Shown: positions 29,034 through 39,750 of the stretch, in pieces | Layout of the letters: every line of letters starts with the position of its first letter | Position numbering within the stretch: position 1 is the stretch's first letter | Assembly: GCA_963719505.1 (NCBI GenBank) | Contig: CAVRCF010000001.1 | Span: 544,001-608,000, forward strand | Source of the DNA: Halobacteriovoraceae bacterium | Lineage (GTDB): Bacteria > Bdellovibrionota > Bacteriovoracia > Bacteriovoracales > Bacteriovoracaceae | DNA length: 64,000 bases | Reading direction: 5' to 3' | Notes under the pieces: model-generated | The model's input: only the letters and a program-made list of their open reading frames with translations | What the model was told of the DNA's origin: nothing | Database searches by the model: none | Translations under genes and position numbers: made by a program

Positions 29034-30845
29034 ATGTGTGGAATAGTTGGATACAGTGGAACGAGTGATGCTACTAACCCTGTGATGGAAGGACTAGCTA
29101 GACTTGAGTACAGGGGCTATGACTCGGCTGGAATAAGCTATCGCTTTGATGACAAACTGCATATTCTTAAAAAAGAGGGAAAGCTAGAAAACCTTAAAAA
29201 GGTTATCGGCGACGTTAAGCCTGTTACCAACACGGCTATAGGTCATACCAGATGGGCAACTCACGGAAAAGTGAACGATGAAAATGCTCACCCACACGGT
29301 AATGACCAAATCTCGATTGTTCATAATGGAATCATTGAAAATGCCAATGTATTGCGCCAAAGACTAAAAGATGAAGGATTGGAATTCCAGTCTGAAACGG
29401 ACTCGGAAGTTTTTTTAAACCTTTTGACTTTTAATTTAAGAAGCGAAAAAAGCTTAAAAAGAGCAATCATTAAAACTTTTAAGGAGGTTGATGGAAACTC
29501 GGCTTTCGTTATTATGAATAGAGAAAACCATATCCTTTATTCAATCAAAAGGTCTGCTCCTCTGGTTTGTGGACTCAATCCGAAAAGCTCAGATGTCTAT
29601 GTTTCAAGTGATCCCTACGCACTAGTGGGCTTTGCTAGTAAGATCTACTTTCCTGAAGATGAAGTTCTCTGTGAGTCTGACTATACTAATATCGAGTCTC
29701 CAGTTAAGTTCTATGAGCTTGATGAGTCGGAATCAAAGAGATTTAAGATTCAAGAAAAACAAGTCAAGCTCGATGTTGTCAGTAAAGGTAAGTATGAGCA
29801 CTTCATGCTTAAAGAGATTCATGAGCAACCAGAGCTAATTAAAAGACTTATTAGTATTTATTTTTCTGATTCAGGTCAGACACAATTAAAGAGAATACAA
29901 GAAAAAAGCTTTCCATTTATTCATATCGCGGCTTGCGGTACCGCTTTACACGCAGGTCTTATTATAAAAAATTATTTAGAAAAGCATACGCAATCAAGAG
30001 TTCAATCGGATTACGCTAGTGAGTTTAGATATAAAAACCCAAGTCTTAGAAAAGATGAGCTTGGACTTTTTATTAGTCAGTCTGGAGAGACGGCAGATAC
30101 TCTTGCCTGCCAAGAACTTTGCTCAGAAAAAGGCTTAACAAATTACTCTATCGTTAATACAGAAGGCTCAACCCTCTATAGAAATTGCGATGAAAACCTT
30201 CTGATTTATGCCGGGATTGAGATTGGTGTTGCAAGTACGAAAGCGTTCACCCAACAAGTACTTGTTGGAAATCTAATGGCAAAAGCGATTGGAAAAAAAC
30301 TTGAAACAGAATCAATAAAAAAGGAATTTGAATTACTAGCAGAGCAAATATCTAATGTCCTTAGTCGAGAAGAAGAGATAAAAAATATCGCACTAGAGAT
30401 CTATCAGTATGATGGTTTTATTTTTACCGGACGTGGAATGCAGTATCCAATAGCTCTCGAAGGAGCCTTGAAGCTTAAAGAGATCGCTTATGTTCACGCA
30501 GAAGGCTATGCAGCAGGAGAGCTAAAGCATGGGCCCATTTCTCTAATTGATGAGAATATGGTGAATATTGCCATTGTCACACCTGATCTTTACGATAAAA
30601 CGCTTTCCAACGCCGAGGAAGTCAAAGCCAGAAGAGGTATAATGATGATCGTTGGTGAACAAGGAAATAGAGAGTTGGAAGATATGTCGGACTTCTTTTT
30701 TGGTGTAAATCTAGAGGGTCTTGAAGATACAGCTCCAGTTTTAACAAATGTGGTTCTTCAGATCTTGAGTTATCACATTGCAAAACTTAAAGGAACAGAT
30801 ATTGATAAGCCAAGAAACCTTGCAAAGTCTGTTACTGTAGAATAA
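29034..30845 (+). CDS. glmS: Glutamine-fructose-6-phosphate aminotransferase
   Basis: MCGIVG, RGYDSAG, GHTRWATHG, SQSGETAD and PRNLAKSVTVE. Confidence 0.98.
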   Translation: MCGIVGYSGTSDATNPVMEGLARLEYRGYDSAGISYRFDDKLHILKKEGKLENLKKVIGDVKPVTNTAIGHTRWATHGKVNDENAHPHGNDQISIVHNGIIENANVLRQRLKDEGLEFQSETDSEVFLNLLTFNLRSEKSLKRAIIKTFKEVDGNSAFVIMNRENHILYSIKRSAPLVCGLNPKSSDVYVSSDPYALVGFASKIYFPEDEVLCESDYTNIESPVKFYELDESESKRFKIQEKQVKLDVVSKGKYEHFMLKEIHEQPELIKRLISIYFSDSGQTQLKRIQEKSFPFIHIAACGTALHAGLIIKNYLEKHTQSRVQSDYASEFRYKNPSLRKDELGLFISQSGETADTLACQELCSEKGLTNYSIVNTEGSTLYRNCDENLLIYAGIEIGVASTKAFTQQVLVGNLMAKAIGKKLETESIKKEFELLAEQISNVLSREEEIKNIALEIYQYDGFIFTGRGMQYPIALEGALKLKEIAYVHAEGYAAGELKHGPISLIDENMVNIAIVTPDLYDKTLSNAEEVKARRGIMMIVGEQGNRELEDMSDFFFGVNLEGLEDTAPVLTNVVLQILSYHIAKLKGTDIDKPRNLAKSVTVE

Positions 30846-33064
30846 TGCAATTAGAGCACTTAAATGAATCACAACAAAAAGCGGTCCTAAGTACGGAGGG
30901 GCCGTTGATGATCCTTGCAGGTGCTGGATCCGGAAAAACTCGAACACTTGTTACTAAAATTCAATATTTATTAGAGGAAAAAGGCGTTAGTCCCTATCAT
31001 CTTTTGGCCGTAACATTTTCAAATAAAGCGGCTAAAGAGATGAGAGAAAGAATTGCTGCGCAGTCAGAAGTAGACCTCGGAGCCCTGCAAATTACAACCT
31101 TTCACTCTTTTTGCGCTCGTCTTTTGAGGTCAGAAGCGACATATCTTGGGCTCAGTAGAAACTTTACTATTTACGACACCACAGAATCAAAATCGGTTAT
31201 AAAAAATATTTTGGGAAAAAGAGGAATAAGTCTTAAAGAGGTTAGTCCAGCTCAGGTACAATACTACATCGATGATGTAAAAAATAATGGTCACTATGTT
31301 GGTGCAAAAGAGGATGAGCTCCTCGACGAGATAGATAAAGACGACCCTTTCTATGACTATTTTTTAGACTACGAAGCTGAACTTCATCGAAATAATGCCG
31401 TAGATTTTGGTGGTTTAATTACTGGCGTTTTAAATCTCTTTGATAACTTCCCAGAAGTTCTTAAAAGGTATCAAAAAAGATTCCGTTATCTTCTGGTGGA
31501 TGAGTATCAAGATACCAATAGGTGCCAATTTAAACTAGTTACCATGCTGGCAGAAATGAATAAAAATATTTGTGTCGTGGGAGATGAGGATCAGTCTATT
31601 TATTCCTGGAGGGGAGCGGATATAAGAAATATCCTTGATTTTGAAAATGTCTATCCAAAAGCTAGTCTTATCAAGTTAGAGCAAAACTATAGATCCTCAA
31701 AAAATATAATTGATGCCGCAACGAGTGTCATATCTAAAAATCTTCAGAGGAAGGGAAAAGATATGTGGACTGACAATGACGTCGGCGACTCGATTAGTAT
31801 TATAGAATGTAAAGACGATAGAGTTGAAGCAGAGTTCGTCGCCCAAAATATTCAAAAGCTCATTAAAGAGGAAGGTATTAGCGGTGATGAAATTGCCGTG
31901 TTTTATCGTACCAATGCCCAATCTCGGATATTGGAAGATGCCCTGCGAACAAATAAAATTGCATATAGAGTGGTTGCTGGAATAAAATTCTATGAAAGAA
32001 AAGAAATTAAAGACCTTCTTTCCTACTTAAAAGTTGTCGTCAATGATAAAGACTCACTGGCCCTGTCTCGTGTTATCAATACACCTGTGCGGGGAATTGG
32101 TCCTAGGACATTAAGAAAGATTGAAGATGAAGCCCTAAAGAATGACCTCTCACTTTGGGAGATGATTGAAAAGATCGTTCTTTCTCCCGATGATTATAAA
32201 TACTTAAAACTAACGGCAAAGGTAAAGGCCGGAATTGCTAACTTTGTCTCTTTGGTTCAAGAAGTAAAAGAATTAGAAAAAACTCAAGAGTTACCATCAA
32301 ATTGCTATGAAAAGCTTTTAATGGAATCAGGATATTATGAAAATCTAGTCGCAGAAAAAAGTTATGAGTCTCAAGCCAGACTAGAAAATCTTGATGAACT
32401 TTTATCAGCAATAAGACAATTTGAAGAAACATTTGCAAAGCCTACACTTCTAGATTTTCTTGAAACAATTACCTTAGACACTTCTACTGATGAGGAGCAA
32501 AGCCGTGAGGTTTCCATGATGACAATTCACGGTGCTAAAGGGCTTGAATACTCTTATGTCTTTGTGTGTGGAGCTGAAGAGAACGTCTTTCCATCCTTTC
32601 AAAGTGTTGAAAACGGTGACGAAGCAATTGAAGAAGAGAGAAGGCTCTTTTATGTTGCTATGACTAGAGCAATGAAAAAGCTCTACATTCTTTTTGCCCA
32701 AGGCAGAATGCTATGGGGAAGTATTAAGTTTAATGGGCCCAGTCGATTTCTTGATGAAATACCAGAAGATTATTATAAATGGATAAATATTGGTGGAAGT
32801 AAAAATAGACTTCCGACTAAAAACTTTGAGGATTTCTCACAACAGGACTCCTCAAGAGATGAAATTAGTGTGACCTATGCTTCTAAGCCTCAGATAAAAA
32901 GGCGATTTGAAGTTGGTACTAATGTGAAACATAAACTATACGGAGTTGGGAAAGTTTTAGAGTGTGAAGGTCTAGGTCAAGATGAAAAAATAGTTATTCT
33001 TTTCCCAGAAGGGACGCGAAAAAAATTTCTTGTTAAATTTGCTCCACTTGAGGCCGTAAAATGA
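30845..33064 (+). CDS. pcrA: ATP-dependent DNA helicase UvrD/PcrA
   Basis: AGAGSGKT, VDEYQD, NYRS, TIHGAKGLE and YVAMTRA motifs; C-terminal Tudor-like domain. Confidence 0.95.
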   Translation: MQLEHLNESQQKAVLSTEGPLMILAGAGSGKTRTLVTKIQYLLEEKGVSPYHLLAVTFSNKAAKEMRERIAAQSEVDLGALQITTFHSFCARLLRSEATYLGLSRNFTIYDTTESKSVIKNILGKRGISLKEVSPAQVQYYIDDVKNNGHYVGAKEDELLDEIDKDDPFYDYFLDYEAELHRNNAVDFGGLITGVLNLFDNFPEVLKRYQKRFRYLLVDEYQDTNRCQFKLVTMLAEMNKNICVVGDEDQSIYSWRGADIRNILDFENVYPKASLIKLEQNYRSSKNIIDAATSVISKNLQRKGKDMWTDNDVGDSISIIECKDDRVEAEFVAQNIQKLIKEEGISGDEIAVFYRTNAQSRILEDALRTNKIAYRVVAGIKFYERKEIKDLLSYLKVVVNDKDSLALSRVINTPVRGIGPRTLRKIEDEALKNDLSLWEMIEKIVLSPDDYKYLKLTAKVKAGIANFVSLVQEVKELEKTQELPSNCYEKLLMESGYYENLVAEKSYESQARLENLDELLSAIRQFEETFAKPTLLDFLETITLDTSTDEEQSREVSMMTIHGAKGLEYSYVFVCGAEENVFPSFQSVENGDEAIEEERRLFYVAMTRAMKKLYILFAQGRMLWGSIKFNGPSRFLDEIPEDYYKWINIGGSKNRLPTKNFEDFSQQDSSRDEISVTYASKPQIKRRFEVGTNVKHKLYGVGKVLECEGLGQDEKIVILFPEGTRKKFLVKFAPLEAVK

Positions 33065-34101
33065 TCCCTGTTAAACCGATAGATTTTATTGATGGAAAAC
33101 TCGTTTTGCTAGATCAAAGACTTCTTCCGCACGAAGAGGTTTATGTTGAGTGCAATTCCTTAGAAGATGGCTTCGTTGCGATAGAACAGATGGTGGTCAG
33201 AGGGGCTCCTTGTATCGGCTTCGCTGGTATTTTTAGTTTAGCTCTTTGGTGTCATACGAATAAGTTTGATTTAAAAGAATTTAAAAAAGCCTGTGATTAT
33301 TTAAAAACCTCAAGACCTACAGCCGTAAATCTCGCTTTTGAAATTGATAACGTTTTTAAATTAATTGAAAAGCATTCACATGATGAGAGCCCGCAGAAGA
33401 CTATTACTGATTTTGGTTTTTTACAGATAAGGTCATTGGAAGAGAAAAACTCCTTGATGGCCGATGCAGCAATCGCAGAGCTTGACTCGATTTATCCCGG
33501 AAAAAAACTCAATATTTTGACCCATTGTAATACAGGCTTTTTGGCCTGTGGAACTATTGGGACAGCCTTAGGGGTTATTCAGAAACTTGGGGAACAAAAT
33601 AGAATTGAAAATGTTTGGGTTGACGAGACCAGACCTTATTTACAAGGAAGTCGCCTCACTGCTTATGAGTTACAGAAGCTAGGGATACCTTTTAAAGTGG
33701 TGGTCGAGGGATGCTCCAGCTACCTTATGAGGGAAAAGTTAGTCGACGCCATCTTCGTTGGAGCCGATAGGATTGTCCTAAATGGAGACACCGCTAATAA
33801 AGTGGGGACTTCGAGTCTTTCAATTGTAGCAAATCACTATGGTGTTCCTTTTTATGTCGTAGCTCCCTTGAGTTCATTTGATCCTCAAATGGAAACTGGT
33901 GATGAGATTGAAATTGAGTTAAGGCCTGAATTCGAAATTACACAGTTTAAGGATATGAAAATATCTCCTGATGGAACGAGAGCTTTAAACCCAAGCTTTG
34001 ATGTCACCAGCGCAGAAACGATCACGAAAATAATTTGTGAAAAGGGTTGTCTTGCCAAGCCATTTACAAAGTCAATCAAGGAATTATTCTATGAAAATTA
34101 A
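33061..34101 (+). CDS. mtnA: S-methyl-5-thioribose-1-phosphate isomerase
   Basis: LDQRLLP, VRGAP, RPTAVNL, THCNTG, ETRPYLQG, GDTANKVG and NPSFDVT. Confidence 0.95.
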   Translation: MIPVKPIDFIDGKLVLLDQRLLPHEEVYVECNSLEDGFVAIEQMVVRGAPCIGFAGIFSLALWCHTNKFDLKEFKKACDYLKTSRPTAVNLAFEIDNVFKLIEKHSHDESPQKTITDFGFLQIRSLEEKNSLMADAAIAELDSIYPGKKLNILTHCNTGFLACGTIGTALGVIQKLGEQNRIENVWVDETRPYLQGSRLTAYELQKLGIPFKVVVEGCSSYLMREKLVDAIFVGADRIVLNGDTANKVGTSSLSIVANHYGVPFYVVAPLSSFDPQMETGDEIEIELRPEFEITQFKDMKISPDGTRALNPSFDVTSAETITKIICEKGCLAKPFTKSIKELFYEN

Positions 34102-35014
34102 AGGTTCAATTGATATAGGGTCAAATAGTATTCTTCTTCTGATAGGGGAATTTGATAACGGCGAATTTAAAGAGCTTGCCAATGAGTCTACTGTGACAGC
34201 TTTAGGAAGAGACCTGGATAAAACCGGAGTCTTCCACGAGCAAAGCAAGGAAGACTCTATGGAGACTTTAATAAAATACTCAGAAATTGCAAAATTGGTG
34301 GGACTCGAGCCTGAAAAAATAGTGGCAACAGCAACTGAGGCCTCAAGAGTTGCAACAAACTCTTTCGAATTTTTTAATGAAGTAAAAAAGAAAACCGGTA
34401 TCGACGTGAAGATTATTACTCCAGAAGCTGAAGCTCATTTCTCCACATCAGGTATTTGTTTTGACACCACTTTTAATATTAACCCAATTCATATTATGGA
34501 TATCGGGGGAGCTTCAACTGAAGTTATTAGGTTTGATCATAAGAAAAATGAAATTTTGCACGACTTTAGTATCCCTTTTGGTGCAGTCCGTATGACGAAC
34601 TGGGAAGAGGAAGGAATTTTAGAAGAGAAGTTATCAACTGTCCTTCAAGACTATGCTGAAGATTTGAGTAAAGTGCATTGTCAAAAACTTTTCTGCGTGG
34701 CTGGCACGATGACATCTGCGGCCAATATGCATTTAGGGCATCAGGAATTTCAAGAAAGAGAGATTCATGGGTTGGAGATAACGACAAAAGATATTCGAAG
34801 TCTTGCTGATAAATATAGAAGTTATTCGCCAGAACAGTTTCTTAAAGAGTTTCCTTTTCTTGGAAAAAGAGCAAAATCAATAAACGGTGGTCTTCGCGTT
34901 GCAACTGAGATTTTCGAAAGGCTTGGAGTAGAGAGCGTGGAGATTTCAACTTATGGCTTGAGGTATGGCACAATTCAAGTGGAGGGTATAGATCATGGAT
35001 ATCTTGTTAGATAG
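34091..35014 (+). CDS. Ppx/GppA family phosphatase
   Basis: IDIGSNS, ATEASR, DIGGASTE, AGT and GLRYG motifs. Confidence 0.9.
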   Translation: MKIKGSIDIGSNSILLLIGEFDNGEFKELANESTVTALGRDLDKTGVFHEQSKEDSMETLIKYSEIAKLVGLEPEKIVATATEASRVATNSFEFFNEVKKKTGIDVKIITPEAEAHFSTSGICFDTTFNINPIHIMDIGGASTEVIRFDHKKNEILHDFSIPFGAVRMTNWEEEGILEEKLSTVLQDYAEDLSKVHCQKLFCVAGTMTSAANMHLGHQEFQEREIHGLEITTKDIRSLADKYRSYSPEQFLKEFPFLGKRAKSINGGLRVATEIFERLGVESVEISTYGLRYGTIQVEGIDHGYLVR

Positions 35015-35444
35015 TGACATTGAAACTTTAGTTTATGAAAAAGATTCTGTTATTTTTAAAGAGGGGGATGCGCCAGAGTCTTTCTATATAGTAGAGACAG
35101 GTAGTGTGAGATGCTTAAAGTGGAATGATAAAAGACTCTCTCCGGTCTTTACTGCCTCTTCTGGGGAAATGGTCGGTGAGGACTGCGTTTTAAGTGATTC
35201 AAATCAATATTTCTATTCTGCAGTTGCTTTGATACAATGTAGGCTTATCAAAATAGATAAAAATGATGTTTTTAAATATCTAAATTCCCAGAGTCCTTGG
35301 GTAAGAATGATCCTTGATAATTTAAGTGAAAAGATTCAGCACACAACAGATGTTATTGCAGAACATAGAATTATAGATGATTCGCTTTTAAAAAATATTG
35401 ACTTCTCCGAAGCTGAAGAAGTCACCTTTAAAAATAAATTATAG
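34995..35444 (+). CDS. Stand-alone cyclic-nucleotide-binding (Crp-like) domain protein
   Basis: IFKEGD, FYIVETGSV, GEMVGE and SAVA; no HTH. Confidence 0.8.
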   Translation: MDILLDSDIETLVYEKDSVIFKEGDAPESFYIVETGSVRCLKWNDKRLSPVFTASSGEMVGEDCVLSDSNQYFYSAVALIQCRLIKIDKNDVFKYLNSQSPWVRMILDNLSEKIQHTTDVIAEHRIIDDSLLKNIDFSEAEEVTFKNKL

Positions 35445-35864
35445 TTGAATCATATTTCGGCGACTAAGTTGAATGGCCGTGGCAAGAATCTTGTCTTGAG
35501 CTTTCTTGCATTCAAGCTTTTTGTGACTGAGGTTCTGATTCATCACTCTAAAAGCTTCCTCAGCATCAACTCTTTCCATTAGATTTAGAGTTTTCCTTTG
35601 AACTTTAGTTGAAGAAAGAAAAAGAGCTAGCCCTATAATCGTAGGATTTATATGCTGGAGGATTCTTCTGGTGACAGAGTCATCTAGTTGAAAAAGATCC
35701 CTAAAAGACAAACTTTGCTCTGAGAGTTCTCGGGCCATACTGGCATTTCTATTTTTAATATTTGATAGCAGTTTTCTTCTTTCTTCTTCATTCATGAATT
35801 GAAGCATATCGATGATTTGCTTTTTACCATTAATAAAGATTCCACCTTCGTTCGTGTTACTCAT
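35439..35864 (-). CDS. FliG C-terminal-domain-like protein
   Basis: LSFRDLFQLDD..RRIL..IGLAL...AQDKIL resembles the FliG-C pattern. Confidence 0.65.
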   Translation of the reverse strand: MSNTNEGGIFINGKKQIIDMLQFMNEEERRKLLSNIKNRNASMARELSEQSLSFRDLFQLDDSVTRRILQHINPTIIGLALFLSSTKVQRKTLNLMERVDAEEAFRVMNQNLSHKKLECKKAQDKILATAIQLSRRNMIQL

Positions 35865-35875
35865 CCTTTAGTCCT

Positions 35876-36331
35876 TTAAGCTTCTAGCTTAGTCAATTCA
35901 GCTTCATATTTTTGTCGTGCAGTTTCTAAATGATCTCTGTGATCATCATGGACTTGATCTATTTGATTTTCTTGTGACACTTTTATTTCGTTTACTTTTG
36001 CCTCGTGATTGGCTTTCATCTCGCTAATGATGGACTCATACCTTGCTTCTTCTCTTTTTATTGTCTCTTCATTTTTTCGACGAAGTCTGATTAAGTCTTT
36101 TTCCAGCTTATTTTGTTCGGCTGCTTCTTCATTTTTATAATCTTTACTAAGTTTTACCTCAGTATCTTGATTATTCTCTTTGAGTTTTTCAAGTTCGTTG
36201 GCATGGCCTCTTTTAAGCTTTCTAATCTCATACAAATGACGATTGTTTTCAGCCTCTTGCTGCCTTGTGTGTATTTGTTCTTTAATACCGTCCATTTCTA
36301 CTTCCTTGATTTCTACTGTCTTTACCGACAT
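35876..36331 (-). CDS. Coiled-coil hypothetical protein
   Basis: E/K/Q-rich helical ORF co-oriented with the FliG-like gene. Confidence 0.65.
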   Translation of the reverse strand: MSVKTVEIKEVEMDGIKEQIHTRQQEAENNRHLYEIRKLKRGHANELEKLKENNQDTEVKLSKDYKNEEAAEQNKLEKDLIRLRRKNEETIKREEARYESIISEMKANHEAKVNEIKVSQENQIDQVHDDHRDHLETARQKYEAELTKLEA

Positions 36332-36379
36332 TATTAACTATAATACTTGGAATTGATTAACTGGTTCAAGGAGGCAAAA

Positions 36380-37567
36380 ATGTCAGGAAAGAGTCTAAAT
36401 AGTGGTAAACGCGTGTTTTTAGTAGGAGGGAAGAGAACTCCCTTTGGTAAATTTGGTGGAAGCCTAAAAAATATCACTCCAGTGGACCTAGCAGTTCATG
36501 CTTCAAAAGCTCTTTTGGAGGAATTAAACATTGCTCCCAGTCAAATTGACCATGTTATTTTTGGAAATGTTGCCCCTTCAACTACAGATACAATGTATGC
36601 CGGAAGACATCTGGCCCTAAAACTAGGTATGCCGGAGCAAACGCCTGGTTATGTTGTTAACAGACTTTGTGGATCAGGTATCCAGGTTATTTTGGATGCC
36701 GTCAGACAGATAAAGCTTGAAGAGTCTGAGTGTGTCTTGGCCGCTGGAGCCGAAAATATGTCGATGATGCCACACCTTGTTTATGGAAGTCGATTTGGAA
36801 CTCGCTATGGTGCTTTAGAGACAGTAGATATGCTGCTAGATACTTTGACTGATAAGTTCACCCAAACACCAATGGGGATCACAGCAGAAAACTTAGCTAA
36901 AAGTCATAGTATTACCAGAGAAGACACTGACGTCTATTCCCTAAATGCTCACAAAAAGGCAGCTGCCGCTCAAAAGCATCTTGCAGGTGAAATCGCACCA
37001 ATTATTGAAGGAAGAGTTTCTTGTTCTGAGGATGAGCATATAAGGTTGGATGCAACTCTTGATCAAATGCAGAAATTAAAGCCAAGTTTTCAAAAAGATG
37101 GAACCGTCACTCCTGCAACTGCATCGGGAATAGTCGATGGAGCAAGTTGTGTTATCGTTGCCTCTGAGGACTTTGTGAAAAAGCATGGATTAAAACCCCT
37201 CGCTGAAATTATTGATGGCCATGTTGTTGGAGTCGATCCTAAAATAATGGGAATTGGACCAGTTCCAGCGATTAAAAGTCTCCTAGAAAAAAATAACTTG
37301 TCACTATCTGATATAGATCTGTTTGAAATCAACGAAGCTTTTGCGGCGCAAGTTATAGCCTGTAAGAAAGACTTAGAGATTCCAGATGATAAGTTAAATA
37401 TTTGGGGGGGAGCTGTCGCTATCGGGCATCCACTAGCAGCAACTGGAACACGTATTACAACTACGCTTGCTAGACAGTTAAAAATGAATAATAAAAGCTA
37501 CGGTGTAGCATCTGCCTGCATAGGTGGCGGCCAAGGAATATCAATCTTGTTAAAAGCAGTTGAATGA
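36380..37567 (+). CDS. Acetyl-CoA C-acyltransferase (thiolase)
   Basis: RTPFG, NRLCGSG, EINEAFA, GHPLAATG and CIGGGQG; SD AGGAGG. Confidence 0.96.
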   Translation: MSGKSLNSGKRVFLVGGKRTPFGKFGGSLKNITPVDLAVHASKALLEELNIAPSQIDHVIFGNVAPSTTDTMYAGRHLALKLGMPEQTPGYVVNRLCGSGIQVILDAVRQIKLEESECVLAAGAENMSMMPHLVYGSRFGTRYGALETVDMLLDTLTDKFTQTPMGITAENLAKSHSITREDTDVYSLNAHKKAAAAQKHLAGEIAPIIEGRVSCSEDEHIRLDATLDQMQKLKPSFQKDGTVTPATASGIVDGASCVIVASEDFVKKHGLKPLAEIIDGHVVGVDPKIMGIGPVPAIKSLLEKNNLSLSDIDLFEINEAFAAQVIACKKDLEIPDDKLNIWGGAVAIGHPLAATGTRITTTLARQLKMNNKSYGVASACIGGGQGISILLKAVE

Positions 37568-38868
37568 AAGAAAAGTTAATTCTCACAGAAATAGAGCAAA
37601 ATGAGTTCCAGCTATGGTTGGAACTCAATCTCAATAGTATCTCGTGGGAAGGAAGATATATTGACGATTTTAATTCATTTTGGAAAGGTTTGTTTCCCAG
37701 TGATATTACAGTCGCCGACCAATTCGATAAGCTGAAAAAGTCTATGATGATGTCTAAGTCTGGGCCACTGATATCATGGTTTAGCTGGTTAAAAAATAAA
37801 CTTGTCTGTTATCTTTTTTCAAGGTGTGAACTCACAATCTTAGAAATAAGCCAAGAGTCAAAAATTTCAGTTCGAGAGGTCTCTGTGGTTTTAAGAGACT
37901 TCTTTGTTGAGCGTCACGCTCATTTAGATGAACAGTTAAGTGACTATTTCCAACTCTCGCATGTAACAAGTGAAAAAATACACTTTAAGTTTTCGGACCT
38001 CTCTAAGAAACTTGATCTTGACTCCGTCCAAAGTGGATCCTCTGAAGATGAGATTTTGAGAAATCTCGAAGTCACTCTCTACAAAGACTGGGGTGTTCTC
38101 AACGAGAAGATCTCAATGAAAAACTCAGACTTAGAAGTTGATATTGAAAGAGTCAAAAAGAAAACATCCATGAAGAAGCAAGTTAAGTTTTTGCAGGACT
38201 TGGTTGTGCTTTTCTTGATTGGGGGGTTGTTCATTGCAGCGGTGAAGTTTGGAAATGAATGGTACGAAAAAAAACTAGTCAAAGAGATAACGTTATTTGA
38301 ACCTAACTTTTTTTGGTTGGATAAAGGGATTAACTATCAGGCTCAAGATCCTCTTGATGCAAAGAATATTAAACTCAGTTATAGAGAGTTAGAAGAGCTG
38401 GAGAAGTTGGAGTCAAAGGAAGTTTTTGAAGATAATGAAGAGACTGCACGCTTTGATGTTGAGTCCGACGTTGTTCTCACTTCAGTAAACTCTATTCCTA
38501 AAGATTTTACCTCTGCAGACTTAGAGCAGTCAGCGTATGAGGAAAATCGAAAAGGTGGCTATCGAAACTCTAGGTATGGAGGAAGAAAGGCTTATAGAGT
38601 CATGATGACTTCCGACAGCCCTCAGATCACAAAAGACGAACTTGTCGACTTACTAGAGAGATACGATATTAAACAGGTAGATAATGTGAAGCCCGGAACA
38701 AGCATCCCAGGCGGAATTTACTTTAACCTTCACGTGCCTCAAAAATTTATCAAGGAGTTTCTCTCTCATGTAACATCAGTGAAAGAGTCTAGAATCCTTG
38801 AGAGTCAAACTGTCTTTGGCGGACCAAAAGGCACGAGCAAAGTTTTTATTTGGATAAAACAGATTTAA
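37564..38868 (+). CDS. Hypothetical bitopic membrane protein
   Basis: 434 aa ORF with one central TM helix; overlaps the thiolase stop codon. Confidence 0.7.
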   Translation: MKEKLILTEIEQNEFQLWLELNLNSISWEGRYIDDFNSFWKGLFPSDITVADQFDKLKKSMMMSKSGPLISWFSWLKNKLVCYLFSRCELTILEISQESKISVREVSVVLRDFFVERHAHLDEQLSDYFQLSHVTSEKIHFKFSDLSKKLDLDSVQSGSSEDEILRNLEVTLYKDWGVLNEKISMKNSDLEVDIERVKKKTSMKKQVKFLQDLVVLFLIGGLFIAAVKFGNEWYEKKLVKEITLFEPNFFWLDKGINYQAQDPLDAKNIKLSYRELEELEKLESKEVFEDNEETARFDVESDVVLTSVNSIPKDFTSADLEQSAYEENRKGGYRNSRYGGRKAYRVMMTSDSPQITKDELVDLLERYDIKQVDNVKPGTSIPGGIYFNLHVPQKFIKEFLSHVTSVKESRILESQTVFGGPKGTSKVFIWIKQI

Positions 38869-38870
38869 GC

Positions 38871-39395
38871 TTACTCTAAAGTGACACTTATCATTTTATC
38901 ACCTTTTTGAATTTTATTTGCCACATCCAAACCTTCACCTACAAAGCCAAAGACTGTGTACTTATTATCTAGGTGGGGATGAGTTCCAAGAGAGATGTAA
39001 AATTGAGAGTCAGCAGAATTGGGGTCACTTGACCTGGCCATCGCTACAGTTCCAGGAACATGCTTGTTTTTGTTAAACTCTGCCACTATATTTTTACCGC
39101 TTCCCCCAGTTCCGTTACCTTTAGGATCTCCACCTTGGACCACAAATCCTGGGATGACCCTATGAAAGGTTAGCCCATTGTAGAAGCCACTGGTGATTAA
39201 TTCTTTAATTCTGGCCGTTGTATTGGGAGCATCTTTTTTATAAAAATAGAAAACAATATCTCCATGAACAGTTTTAATTCTGGCTTTTGTTGCTGAGGAA
39301 TCACCTTTTGCCGTTGAAGGAGAAGATGATACGGGTTGTTTGTCGTCACAGCCAAAGGAAAATACGAGGAGGGCTGCAAGCATTAAAGTTTTCAT
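38871..39395 (-). CDS. Cyclophilin-type peptidyl-prolyl isomerase, lipoprotein
   Basis: Lipobox FSFGC; FHRVIPGFVVQGGDP, AMARS, SQFYI and YTVFG. Confidence 0.95.
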   Translation of the reverse strand: MKTLMLAALLVFSFGCDDKQPVSSSPSTAKGDSSATKARIKTVHGDIVFYFYKKDAPNTTARIKELITSGFYNGLTFHRVIPGFVVQGGDPKGNGTGGSGKNIVAEFNKNKHVPGTVAMARSSDPNSADSQFYISLGTHPHLDNKYTVFGFVGEGLDVANKIQKGDKMISVTLE

Positions 39396-39518
39396 TAGGT
39401 ATCCTTATTTTATAGTCAGTTTTTCCAATTTTTTTATCCCCAAACAGTTTGGGATAAATACCTTTTAAGTGTAGTGGAAAAAAAAATCAAAAAAAGTTTT
39501 TTTTCTTAAAAAATACTA

Positions 39519-39547
39519 TTGACAGCTAAAAAGAACTTAAATACATT
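39519..39547 (+). promoter_or_regulatory. Sigma70 promoter of the tRNA-Ala/rrn operon
   Basis: TTGACA-N17-TACATT with upstream A/T tracts (UP-element-like). Confidence 0.8.
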
Positions 39548-39582
39548 AGGTCTCCGCAATCAAAAAGATTTGAGAAGTAAAT

Positions 39583-39658
39583 GGGGGTGTAGCTCAGTTG
39601 GGAGAGCATCTGATTTGCATTCAGAGGGTCGCAGGTTCGACTCCTGTCATCTCCACCA
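39583..39658 (+). tRNA. tRNA-Ala(UGC)
   Basis: 76-nt cloverleaf, anticodon TGC, G3:U70 pair, GGTTCGA T-loop and encoded CCA. Confidence 0.97.
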
Positions 39659-39738
39659 TTCTCAAAAAACTTTAAGAAAGCGAAAATAAATGTTGCCTTA
39701 AAAATACATAAGTGTTAGAAAGACAGCCTTTGAAAAAT

Positions 39739-39750
39739 TGATCTTTGACA
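39739..39750 (+). promoter_or_regulatory. boxA-like antitermination element (second copy at ~41690-41700)
   Basis: TGATCTTTGACA before 16S and ATCTTTGACA before 23S. Confidence 0.65.

Noticed and set aside
29022-29034. glmS ribozyme
   Set aside because: Only 11 nt separate glmU and glmS
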